The notes below the pieces were generated by a model. It made no database searches, was not told the origin of the DNA, and saw only the letters and a program-made list of their open reading frames with translations. A DNA stretch of 64,000 bases from Paraphysomonas bandaiensis. Taxonomy: Eukaryota > Protista > Chrysophyceae. Each line of letters opens with the position of its first letter. Position 1 is the stretch's first letter. Location: the NCBI GenBank assembly GCA_965644295.1, contig CBFFRP010000373.1, forward strand, positions 248,001-312,000. Reading direction: 5' to 3'. This document shows positions 14,341 through 26,362 of this stretch, piece after piece. The position numbers were made by a program, and so were the translations under genes.

Positions 14341-17013
14341 ATTGTTTTGCTACATTAGTTCTCACTCTTACACGGCTATTTTTAATAATCTGACATTCAC
14401 CTTTCTGCATTTCCGAGATATTGTCATTAGCATATTTGTAATCGTTTTAATATTATAAAAAACAAATGATTTAGATCTGCTTCTTCAGCTGTCTGCCTTT
14501 CTGGTAGTCGTCAATGAATCAATTTTCCAACACCCGGCGAAATGTATAATAATCCGTCTCTCAGTTTCAGAATGAACACATGTTAAAGGTCCTAAAGTCA
14601 GTGTGAACCTTTAACTAGCTATACGTGTAGTTTGTACACCTTATCATTATATGCTGTAACTAACATACGCACTCAAATTGATTGTATTAAACATGTTTCA
14701 ATTAATTGAATGAAGCAGGACGTGGTAAATTATTATTGCATATTATTCTCTGTTCCAATTTAAATTATTGCAATTTCAATAATAGACACTTAATGGTTAA
14801 GTAGCCCTGATAATTGATGAACAGCGAGCAATTGTCCGGATCAACTCAATCTATATACATATCATGTATTCAAAACATTATTGGTACTGCTCGCTTTTCA
14901 ATATATCAGATAACTTTAATACGAAAAAAGGGTTGAAATATTCTGAGTATGAAGACTATGAAAATCCGATCTTGAGAAATCGTATGGAGGAGGTGCTAGA
15001 AGAAAGGAGAAGAAACTCAAATCACTTGTTGTCAAGTTGATGTGCAACGCATCTTCGCGGCGCACAGTGTCATCAATGAGAAGATTGTTTGTATCGGGTA
15101 CAAACATTTGAACAACAACGAGGGAATTTAGACTTTTACAAGATCATGTCCGCCTGTAGAAGTTGGGTCTCTCTAGCTTAAAAGGTGTTAGTAAAAAATG
15201 CTGTCCCATGTTTTGTAGATACAATGTTGGAGAACCATCAAACTACAGAAGCAGAGGCTACTTCATATTTTGCGCTTCAGTACGCCTAACAGCTACAATG
15301 GCTGGAGCTTCATGAATTCAATGCCGGCACACTGCATTATCGCAATTATGCAGGTATTATTTAAAACACATGCTCTTCCAACGGCAATTGACTCGACTGC
15401 ATTGTATGATACAATGCCTGCATCATCCATTGTACGATGCTCAGGCAGCCGTGCAAAAAGGGGGCTTGCTGCACAAGCAAAAGCGAAAGAAAATTTGCAG
15501 GTCGATGCGAAAAAACGCCAAGATAGATTGGATAAACTGAGGAAAAGGCAAAGAAATACGAAGAAAAAATGTTGTTAAGATGAATGTCCATCGCCGAGAG
15601 GCGTCAGTGCAGACTTGATACAGTAATTAGAATACTAAGACTAATGAGTGTCAATGAGGCGATGGAAGTAGCACAGCATATGGTGAAGTTTGATGTTGTT
15701 GTAGCTCACAGTGCACACTAGTTTTTAGTTTACAAAATAAATGACGTATTTTTTACTTAAGTAGTGGTGCATAAGCGTTTTACTATTGTTTTTATCTGTC
15801 CTACCGCACCGTGTAGTAGAGTAGGAAGCAACACTCTAGGTACAAAATAGTAATCAGAGACACTAAAATATATAATTTAATGCCAGGATACCATTTTGTA
15901 CTGTCATTAAAATTCTACTCGAAGGAATTTAATACAGACTAAACATAGAAATCCAGTGTTACATATAACTGCAAAGTGCTGTGCGCACTACCTTTATAGT
16001 CTATGGACATATACATCATATACCACAAATATATAGTCCCTGTGTGTTGATCTTCAATCACAGCAAAGAGATTGTATCCATAAATACACAATGAACGGGA
16101 CCAATAATGAAGTGAGTTCTGTCCACGGAAGACTCAGGGATTAAAAAACTATTACCCCAAAAATGCAAACAGTGAGCTTACATGTAATGACAGCAACTCT
16201 GAGTACATCATCAGGTTTAGAGGATCAGGAATACATCCCTCTCACTCCCCATCATCTAATACTTCAACCAGATGTCAGTGTTGATGTGACTGACCACTGG
16301 AAGCATCTGCTCTTAAGTCTACGAACGGATTGACTACGATAACACGCCATGGGGACTCCTGCTGAGGGATGCAAGCATAAGAGACTCCACAACTCGTGAA
16401 GGTATCGTGCAAAAATGTCTTCCACTCAAGATTTCTGTTCTATTTCTAGATTTATGTCGACCGACTTCTGTGTTTTGTCCTCCACCTATGTAACGACCGT
16501 ATCCTTTGTCGTGTATTTTGCAAACAAATTTATATAAAATCGGCATTTTAAATTTCTAAAAATATTGATGTTGCAAAATTTGTTGAAATCCAGATATTAG
16601 AAAGCAAGGGCTGGTGATACGAACCGGGATATCCAATCGAAATTGTACTGCAAGTGCGTATGTAAACGTACGAACATGCCAGTACGACACCAGGTTCGCT
16701 GAGCGAAGTTTTATAATGCTGGAAGTGACGATATCGGAATATTGATATGGACAGCAGGACTACACTGAGTGTATACACTATTTACACAAAATTAATGGAG
16801 AAGTAGTCAACTTTAATCAACCGTTGATTTCCCTCACACCTGATGTTCTGGTATTATCGAATGAACGAGACTGAGATGCTTTGAGTACAACTGAAACTTG
16901 ACTGACTGTTGTCGCAAGGTGCGTACTCGTGACTTATATATATGGTTTACACCAATACACCTAATAGTTGACCCTCGTAATTTGACTTTCCGTAATCGCA
17001 GGTTTATCCACTT

Positions 17014-18280
17014 ATGGGGGCTTTGTTTTCCAGTGAGTTTAATCGCATATACTCTCACAATGACAACGTCTACCGTTGTAAGAGCGACTTTGAACTGTTA
17101 GGAATATACGAAGAGGATGCCGGGAAAATGTACAAAACATTTCTTGCAATAGATAATGATGCTTCAAACGAGATAGCAGTGTCTGAGCTATGTTATCATA
17201 TTAAGCACGAAGAAAACAATTTCACCAAGAGGATATTTAACTCGTTTGATTCCGACAAAAGTAATTACATCAACTTTAAGGAGTTTGTACTCTCACTGTG
17301 GAATTTTTGCACACTAACTGAAGACACTATGGGTACTTTGTAGACACCCTTACAAGTATTTATAACTGTTGTTGCAGTGCCCTTTGTTTTTGCCATGTAT
17401 GATTCTAACGGAAGCGGAGTTCTTGACAAAAGTGAGCTAGAGTGCATTGTAAAGGATGTGTACGGGAAACGCTATTTCCAGAATATTCACGCAATGAAGT
17501 ATGTTTTTGCAAATAAATTTTGTTTTATTCTAACGCGCTGCATTTGTTACAGAATGGCATCGAAGCTCAAGAGCGACCGGAGCGGAGATGTGGGTATTGA
17601 TAACTTTGCCGGGCTTTGCAAGAAGTATACGGCACTGTTGTACCCAGCATTCACTCTGCGACTCGCACTCCGCAGTAAAATATTGGGAGAAGACTTCTGG
17701 ATAAAACTGGATAAGTTCAGACGCGCTCGGTATGGAACTGCTTATCATAGTGTTGAATCAATTCTCCGATCGGCGGGATCTCTAGCGACGAATGTGAGTT
17801 CCACATTAACTGCTGAGACTGCACTATCGGAGCTCGGGATCAAAGAGGGTCCATTCACACCGCCCCCAACTCCGCGAAACTCTTTTGCTATTCAGGCGAA
17901 GCCGCGGAAGAAATCCATATTTGCTAAAATTGTTGGGTGTGTAGTGCGCAATGACTGAAGCTTAAGCTGATGTATTGTGTACAGGTCAGGTGTGAACATC
18001 GTGCGGACTAGATCGAAAGAGCTGGCCACGCTTATAGCAGACATACATCGAAGTGACAAGAAACCGAAAAGAAAGCCCGTTCGGTCTCCGGTTGCTAGAC
18101 CCGGTGCTGAACCTAAAGAAGTCTCGCTGACTGAAGGACTTTTCAAGTAGGCACACTCATATTTTTACTCTGGTGACTTACATTCGTGAATTCGTGCACT
18201 GTAGGCGCCTGGAGAAGGCGAGAAGACGTACTAACGTAAAACTTATCACTGTAAATCCTGTCAAAGTGTCCTGTATATGA
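17014..18280 (+). CDS. N-myristoylated EF-hand Ca2+-binding protein (calcineurin B/NCS-like). Exons approx. 17014-17332, 17378-17498, 17553-~17936, ~17984-~18147, ~18205-18280
   Basis: N-terminus MGALFS (MGxxxS). EF loops DNDASNEIAVSE, DSDKSNYINFKE, DSNGSGVLDKSE. Short GT-AG introns. The last two exons are less certain. Confidence 0.8.
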
Positions 18281-18591
18281 GAACTACTATATATTACTTT
18301 TTGTTACGGAAGTGTTGCACAAATGAAAATTTGAGTGTTGAATGTATCAGTGTTTGCCATTAGGAATTAGGATTCTGAAAACTTTGATAACAGAAGGTTG
18401 AACTCCCTACTAGTCAATTTATGAAAGCTATTATTAATATCTCATATCATTCATTGTTGTTATTCACCAGATTTATATCATCTCAAATCTTTGGGAAATT
18501 TTATTCAACCTAGTCATACCAAAATTAGTGGAATAACCTTGTCAAAGTAAACTCATATACATATCTACTTGACACAGGTGTATGATAGAAT

Positions 18592-18710
18592 TAAGTGTTG
18601 CTAAGCATACATGTATGTGTTACTAAGTGTGAATAGAAGTAAGTGTTACTAAGCATTCATGTATGTGTTACTAAGTGTGAATAGACCTAAGTGTTACAAA
18701 GTATGTGTAT
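18592..18710. repeat. ~48-bp tandem repeat, ~2.5 copies
   Basis: TAAGTGTT(G/A)CTAAGCAT(A/T)CATGTATGTGTTACTAAGTGTGAATAGA is repeated. Confidence 0.8.
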
Positions 18711-18977
18711 GCCTATCTATAGCTTGTAATGTATAGCAGTAGGTTGCTTGTGAGTGTTATGAGGAAGAGGGCTCAATTATGCACTCTATGATCTGCAGAA
18801 TATCTATGGCTACCAATCAGTATCAGATTATAGATAGACACGATCTTATGATCTTATACAGTCAAAGTATTCCTGTCTCTCTAACATAATTCATATCATA
18901 TGTAATAGACTCATGTCCTACCGGACCAGTTTCAACTTCTGTATTCTGGACTCTTGACTCTAACTGAAAGTTGTGTC

Positions 18978-19315
18978 TGTTAAGTTCTGCAATATGATGT
19001 GATATATATTGTGCAATTAAAGAGAGTTAGTAGTGTGCAATAGGTGAAGTAAACTCATAGAGGTGTAACGGGTGATTATAGGTACAAAGGAATTAAATTC
19101 AGTTACTGATGTGTGACTATATACAAGATATAGAACTGACTGATGAACTTATGATAATCAGATGTTGCTGAGAACAGATGTTTCATCAGATGTTACACGA
19201 ATATGTAGTGAAGTGTTCAGAATAATAATTATAATTTCTTACTTGTGTGTTAAACTTAGCAAGGTTAAGGTTTACGTGTAGAGCAAAGCTAAAATTCTGT
19301 GAAATGTCCAATTCT
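18978..19315 (+). mobile_element. Solo LTR of the Copia-2 family
   Basis: Starts TGTTAAG and aligns along its length with the reverse complement of the LTR at 63656-64000. The 3' end is degenerate. TGTC/TGTCT on both flanks is a possible TSD. Confidence 0.8.
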
Positions 19316-19347
19316 TGTCTGCTCAATAATTATCGAATACTCATGGT

Positions 19348-19416
19348 TATCATAACCTTGCCATAACTTATATCATAACCTTGCCATAACTTATATCATA
19401 ACCTTGCCATAACTTA
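19348..19416. repeat. 23-bp tandem repeat x3
   Basis: (TATCATAACCTTGCCATAACTTA)3. Confidence 0.9.
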
Positions 19417-19468
19417 AATGATGAGTATAAATAGACTTAAGGAAATATGTTTAGCACTGTGTAAATAC

Positions 19469-20008
19469 CAGGGGGCGATAACAATATAATATATTGCATT
19501 ATATTGTCAGCAAAACTAAATAATAATATTTTAAAGACCAATAATAATTATTAAATATATTGCAATAACTATACTGTACAGTGATAGTTTAGTGTAATAG
19601 TTTTGGCGGATATGGCGATCATTTTACTGGCACCTTGCTTACTGACTGTTTAGACTGGCATTCTATTACAGATCACAAGAACATATATTTATATGAGGAT
19701 GACAGCATCAATTTAAGCAGTTTGGAGTTTACTATTTGGTGAATAGCCTGACAGAGACAGTACGAATTCTAATATTGAACATGCATAGCATTCTTCGTTA
19801 CAGGTATGTATCGGAATTGTTCGATGTTATAATATAGTAGACGAGTTATGAGATTATGAAGAGTAGTTTATGATAAATCAAATCTATTTTCAAAGACACA
19901 CAAACATGAGCAATATATATCAATCTATTATTGCAATATATTGCAAGGCCAAATTTTGCTTAAATAATAATATTTATATTGAAATCCAATATATTTTACC
20001 TGGCCCTG
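19469..20008. mobile_element. Non-autonomous hAT element (MITE)
   Basis: Termini CAGGG...CCCTG. 8-bp TSD GTAAATAC/GTAAGTAC (1 mismatch). The left TIR CAGGGGGCGATAACAAT nearly matches the hAT end at 44459-44475. Confidence 0.7.
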
Positions 20009-20076
20009 GTAAGTACTGTGCGCAATTGTGCAGAAGTATTCAAGGTCTTGGATGTTGAGTTTTGCATAAAGTTGAG

Positions 20077-20713
20077 CCCTCAACAAAGTCGGACTCGCAC
20101 CTTTTCGCGGTGTTCTGGGGGATAAGTACCGGATATATAAAGATCTGATTATTACATGAGAAAACTACTTTGTTTAGCTATCTACGACTTTTGACTAGTG
20201 GTAGCAAAGCTGCTAAATACTGAGTTGTCTCGGGACTGCATGTGCATGGATAAGTACCGGAGAGATTCTCTCTGGGAAACTAATGTGAGCCGCAAACATA
20301 ATAGTCAGCAGATATTCTTCTGCCCACTCATAGCCGAATGCTTGTGTGGTACAAGGGACACCAATAAGTGTCACTTGTGTAGACGTCTTTGGGCCCTGAC
20401 GAATAAACAGGCATCCGGAATGGGCCAACCTCAAGGGCATCCGGGACAGGGCCCACCTGAAGGGTAACCGGGGTGTTGGGCTGCCTGCTGAAGTCAAGCA
20501 TCCGGGATGTTCACCTTAAGAACTCAGAACGGAAGTGGTTGCACCTTGGTGCTTGCGGCGACCCACAAGCAGCTTTCGTAGCGTTAAATAGTAGGATAAT
20601 AGAGTTTGTACTGATTAGTTACAGGTAGAGGTCTAACTAATATGTCTAGCATTCATCTAGCTACTAAATCGGTGCAGGTTTTTAACGCCTATTGCTAAAT
20701 AAAAGACTTTCAA
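20077..20713 (+). mobile_element. Full-length ribozyme-headed retroposon carrying a 114-bp secondary insertion (20134-20247)
   Basis: TSD CATAAAGTTGAG (20065-20076) / CATAGAGTTGAG (20714-20725). 3' end ...GACTTTCAA. The internal insertion is flanked by a 14-bp duplication, GGATAAGTACCGGA. Confidence 0.85.
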
Positions 20714-20851
20714 CATAGAGTTGAGCAATAAATACTAAGTTGCCAAGGTATCACTAACTTCAAATTCTTTCCACATCCTACAATGCTATTCACATTAATA
20801 CTTTCTTAGTAAATCAGTGTTTTTTCATTTACATACTATTACTGACTGCCA

Positions 20852-21794
20852 CTACCTGCACAGTAATGCCACCATACACTTCCCAACAAGTTGGCTATGC
20901 AAAAATTCATTGTCTTTCATGACACCGCTATTGTAAAAACTATACTCTTGAGCTATTATATCATCATAGTCGTCGTTATAACCCAGCACCCATTCCGTTA
21001 CTCCAAAAGAGTTTGTCGTATGTAGAAGGCCTTTACCGCGGATCATGTCGAGAAGAAATATCATAAATTCGCTATTGAATTCCGGGTGACCCTGAACAGT
21101 TAAAATGGAACCTCCGGGATTGCTAGTACCCTGTATCCCTTTTGCTGGAGCAAAGAAACCACCCACAGAGCAGTGCTCGTTTCCTCCAATGTTTCTGCGA
21201 TAGTAGATGATATGTATAGCTGATGTGAAAAGCATCTTACCTCAACCACGAAACTGGATATGACGAAACCACATCAGCATGAACATAATGTAATGTCAGA
21301 GAAGCAGGAAGTATTTCACTACCATAATTAATAGAGTCCATCTTAAGGGCAGCATATTCATCCAGTAGCTCCTGCAAATATCCCCGACCATCATCACAGA
21401 GATCTATCGATCGTGGGCCAAGCCCCCACCCATTATCATTCCTGCTGACAGACCCACCAAATACTCTTCCGATTATTTGGTGCCCAAAGCATATACCAAT
21501 AAGGGTCTTTCCTTCCATGTGTACCTGCTTGATCACCGCCATCATATTTAAAATCCAATCCAAGTTGTCGAATGCATCGCTTTCACAACCTGTGATAATA
21601 TAAGAACTAAAGCTATTCGCGGCAATAGATTTATTCATTCCATTTATATCAGTAACGTCGAGCACAGTTAAATTTATAGTGCAACGGAGTTTTGCTGACA
21701 AATCAGAGAAATACTTCATATATATCGGGCCCCAGTTGACAGACCCAGGGCACTTTAGTATCGCCACTTCACGAGTTGATGAGCTAGACTCCAT
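20852..21794 (-). CDS. Class I glutamine amidotransferase-like protein (gamma-glutamyl peptidase/GAT1 type), 298 aa; intron 21195-21240
   Basis: Catalytic GICFGHQ and QGHPEF motifs. A 46-nt GT-AG intron joins the two ORFs in frame. Confidence 0.88.
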
Positions 21795-23069
21795 AGATAG
21801 AAGAGTATTTCAGATGAAATTTTAACCACAGCGGAAGTGATTGTCACTATTCAGAAAAGTCAAGGTACAGAGGACAAAGTACTTCTGTGGGGGGGTGTAT
21901 CCGAACCGCTGTGCTGTCGTGTGGCTGCAAAAAAGTATTGTTTCCATAAGGCCACTTATTGTAGTGAGACAAAAGACAAAACGACAAAAGACATTTTTTT
22001 TCAGCAAAATTGCTTTTGTCATGTGCAAACGGAGCTATAGTGTACACAGAAAGACATAAGACAAAACAGCGATTTTTTTTAGAATTTCGAATTTCTGCTC
22101 ATTCTCTATCTCACTGAATATGGAATACACTGCCTAGCAAAGCATACAAGTAATGTTACAACATTCTGAAAATAGTACTCACCATCACCAGATTTTACCC
22201 CATAAACCAAATATGCATGATTATTTCTTCTTTCCAGATTCGAAAATCAGATTGGTAATATAGTCTTGCTGGTTGACTTCAGCTTAAGAAAGAAGTGAGA
22301 CAAATAGCCGCGTGGGCGACTTAAGAATGCAATGAATAAATCATATACGAATATACACAACCTCTCCTTCGAAGTATAAGAAGCAGAAGATGACTGCTTC
22401 GTGTGCTTTCTGAACCCTGATTTTCTATGCTTTCAAATCTCAATGACAATTCTTATTTCATTGGTCTCATCTCAGCCTTGCTGGTGCTTCTGTTGGACAA
22501 TATGTATCTACTCATCGTTCCTAATACTATTCTGTAGGCTGACAAGTTGCCAACGATGTACACGTTTGTGCTTTTGTTAACTTTGTGTGCTACAAGTGTA
22601 TACATAATCAATCTAGTGTTCGTAATTGTTGTGGATTTGTTATAGAATTCAGACTTCATGTTATTTAAACCCGACGTCATTTTGCTGTATGTGTGTAATG
22701 GTAGTTATTAGAAATCTCAAGCATCTCAATACTTTGATAATCTAAACAGAGTTAAAGGGATGTAGCTTAATGATAGTTCGTAATAGCAATGGTTTAAAGC
22801 TTAAATATACAACAACATTGCTACTGGCCATCACTCAGAAAACATTATGTACTCAGAGATGTAAAATTCAATATTAGTCCAATACCACATACCATATAAA
22901 TGTTGATTGTGTGATGTAAAGCAGGGATAGGGAACAATACATTGTATTGTAAAGAATTAAGGACATAAACACTATATGTCGATGAGCGAATCAGAAAAAC
23001 TAATGGCCTTCCTTTTTAACTCTAAATCACGTTGAGATTAATAGAGTATTTGTAGACTGGGCTCGTATA

Positions 23070-23611
23070 TTGTATATTGAAAGTCTATAGGAAGACTTAT
23101 TATTAGCAATAGGCGTCAAGAATCGGCACCAGCTTAATAGCTAGATGGAAACTAGTCAAGCTAGATAGACGTTTACCTGTAACTAACTAGTACTCATTCT
23201 ATTATACTACTATTTAACGCTACTAAAGCTGCTTGCGCGTCGCCGCAAGCACCAAGTTGCAGCCACCTCTGCTCTATCACTCAAAGCAAACGCCGTGAGC
23301 AAGCAGAATGTTATTATACCTGACATCTGCTGACTTCAGGTTTTTTGAATCTTTAAGGTAAACTAGCCCGGATGCTTGACTTCAGTAGGCGGCCCAATAC
23401 CCCGGTTACCTTTCAGATGGGCCCATTCCTGGATGCCTGTTTATTTGTCAAGGGGCCCAAAGACGTCTACACAAGTATATGGCTATGAGTGGGCAAAATA
23501 TTTATCTGCTGTCTATATATGTATGCAGATCACGTTAGTTTCCCGTATAAATCTCTCCGGTACTTATCCCCCAGAACACCACAAAAAGTGCGAGTCCGAC
23601 TTTGTTGAGGG
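23070..23611 (-). mobile_element. Full-length ribozyme-headed retroposon
   Basis: TSD CTGGGCTCGTATA (23057-23069) / CTGGACTCGTATA (23612-23624). 5' end CCCTCAAC on the minus strand. Tail ...GACTTTCAATATACAA. Confidence 0.85.
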
Positions 23612-24468
23612 CTGGACTCGTATACCAGTATCTACAAGATCCGTGAACCTACAAGATATGATTTGTCATTTGTCCTAGCACTCTTAGCTGATCTGCTGCG
23701 CTATTCAATATTTCGTCTTATTCACTTTTCCACCTAGAGCTCAACATCTCTTACACTTGATACTTTTTACAGAAGCTTCAGTTGTACTTGACTACTTACA
23801 TACTAAAAATTTTTATGTACAGTAATTTCGTGTTAATTACTGGGGTGTCATATTAGACGTGGCAGCTAAGGAAACTTATTTTACGATTTACATGTGATGT
23901 GGTTTTGGTCTGCTGCTGTGCAAGGCCAAATAAAAGTATACATGCTTGTGTGCCTTTGAAATTATATATGATTAATCATAATTACTCTTTACAACCACAT
24001 AGCTCATCTATTATTATAATATCGAACAATTCTGGTAATTACCTGCAACGAAGAAGGCTATTCATGCTCGATATTAGAATTCGTATTGTCTCTGTCAAGC
24101 TATTCACCAAAATAGTAAACTCCCAACTGTTAAGAGTATGATATCCTCCGAGTACAACTAAAGACTGCTGACCGAATATAATTTTCTTGTTACCTGTAAG
24201 AGCATGCCAGTGTAAACAGTCAATAAGAAAGATGACAGTAAAATTATCGCCATATCCGCTCAAACTATTATTCTAAACTATTATTCGATATCAAACTTCT
24301 ATTCGACCGTCATCTCTTCCATGTTTATTACGTATAATTTGTAAAACGGTGAAGAAACCTTTTATATTTTGACAGTATAGATTGTTCCAGTGGAATCTCC
24401 ATCTCTCATTATGATGTGTTTTGATCAAAATCATTCCTCTGATTTTGCTGTATTCATTATTTCATTAC

Positions 24469-24530
24469 GTAAACATTATATCCAAACGTGGGAATTTTAC
24501 ATATTTTGAGGAAAACTAGTTTTTTTACAG
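24469..24530 (-). mobile_element. Degenerate right terminus of the AAGTAAAC-TIR DNA transposon family
   Basis: GTAAACATTATATCCAAACGTGGGAATTTTAC resembles the right end at 40470-40502. Confidence 0.55.
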
Positions 24531-26362
24531 TACTGACTCTGTAAGTAGAAATGTTTTGAAAGCTATTCTGCATGATGTCTAATAGACAGAAAGACACAAA
24601 TATTGAAATAGTCCCCTGTCAAAAGGCTTCCCGCTTCTCCGTAGATGCTGATATTGTTCATAGCCCTCTACCTACGATAAGGCCATTTTGATGATTCGGA
24701 ATAATACGAGGAATCTCTGCCTAGTCAAGAGAGAGCAGCGGTTGCGAGATTTTAATGCAGAAGAAGCTAAATCACTGGATAGGGCTGTCGAAGTGACATA
24801 TGTAAGAAACAGTTCTGCTGCATTAGAAAGTCACAGAGCCAACAAGAAGTTAAGACGACCGCTTGGCACCCAGTATCGATCAACCAAAAAAGCACATATT
24901 CAGCACAATTGCATTAAATTTGTTCAGCAGAGCCATGATTACCATGACACACTTTCGACAAGGACTGACCCCATGACGCCTTGAACTACTGATCTTCCTT
25001 CGCTTCAACAAGCGCTTGTGGACTGCAGTGACAGTGCAACAGGTCATCAGTGATGAACCGTCCGATCATGACGAGAATGAGGACATGAGGACGACAGTGA
25101 CGAAGAGTTGGAATACATAGATACGTAGATAACTAGTTGCTGCATTCCTATTGGATGTTACTCATCATCATGTTGTTGTAACTTCTACTAACTAGTTACT
25201 ACCGATCGGCCATTAATTATTTCTTCTTAACGCCCAAAATATATATTAGGATTCAGCTTAATACATGATTGTATCTGTGAATTATAATATTCAATGAAAT
25301 ATACCATGAACTGAATTAGAGAGGGTATCTGTCGAAGATACGTGATCGTCATCATAACGTCGTCATTATCAGTTACACTTCTAACTATTCCGTTGTGCAT
25401 GATAGTACGTTCTATATATTGTTATTCATAATTTTCACTCTATCGTGTTCATTACTTTTACACTCTAATAATCACAACATTGTTTTACTATTATAAAGAT
25501 CAATTCTTTATTTGGTAGCGAGTGATAGTTAAAGTTACAAGTTACGACTCAACCGACTCGGATTCGACAACCGACAAGCGAAAGGACTCAATGCCAAAAT
25601 TCGATGCGAAGAACTTCTCCAGGTGGCAGAAGAAGTGCCGTGCATGGTTCTATCGCAAGCCTAAAAGTGTAGTTGTTCTTAAGAACAACGTATGCTCAAG
25701 CAAAAACAACACTGATCTACAACGTTTTAAAAAGATTTTAAGTGCACGCCAGCGGGCTGCTACACTGTTGAACTCACCAGCGGGTGATGTTCCTCAACTC
25801 AGACGCAAACCGCGAAAGAATTTAAATAAATCGTTATTTAAAACGTGTAATAGAAAAGTGAGTAACACTGCTATACAACTCTACAGTAACACACACATAC
25901 AACATCATGTTCAGCATTTCACTTCAGCACACAACACACCAGATCAGAAGTATTTTATCCGGTACGTATCTACAGCTTCAACACTCCGTGTATACACTGA
26001 AAGAGTAGAAACTGAAAAGTGTAACTGAAACTGAAAATACAAAAACACTCTGTACGTGTTAGAGAGTACAACAGAAGAGTAACATATCATACTACTACCA
26101 ACGCAGAAAATAACCAGTACTGCGTTACACTACCCTCTTTCCCCCCAGCTGGAGAAATTAGATTGTGAATACAGACTGTGATTCATGTATGCAAATACTT
26201 AAATCAGCCATACTAGATAGCGTCATTCTAAGTATAAACAAACAAAATCAGATTTAAACAGATATTGAGAATAAACTAGATAGACAAGGTAGTATTATAA
26301 TAGAAATAAAAGAATATTGCAAATATTATCATAATATAATATAATAGAAGAATAAAACCTGT

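Noticed and set aside
14880-15720. Possible decayed DNA-transposon coding remnant
   Set aside because: Fragmented frames; no catalytic motif, TIR or TSD identified.
19348-19416. Direct repeats as a CRISPR array (also 18592-18710)
   Set aside because: No spacers, no cas genes, eukaryotic context.
20395-20430. CTGACGA as a hammerhead core (retrozyme)
   Set aside because: No stem II followed by GAAA, and the motif is not conserved in other copies (ATGACGG, TTGACAA).
22330-22680. Possible old Gypsy RNase H remnant (RVHRWQL, minus strand)
   Set aside because: A single short motif only.
25522-26028. 168-aa ORF and its 128-aa twin at 31943-32329
   Set aside because: Read-through into the antisense Gypsy LTR; not genes.
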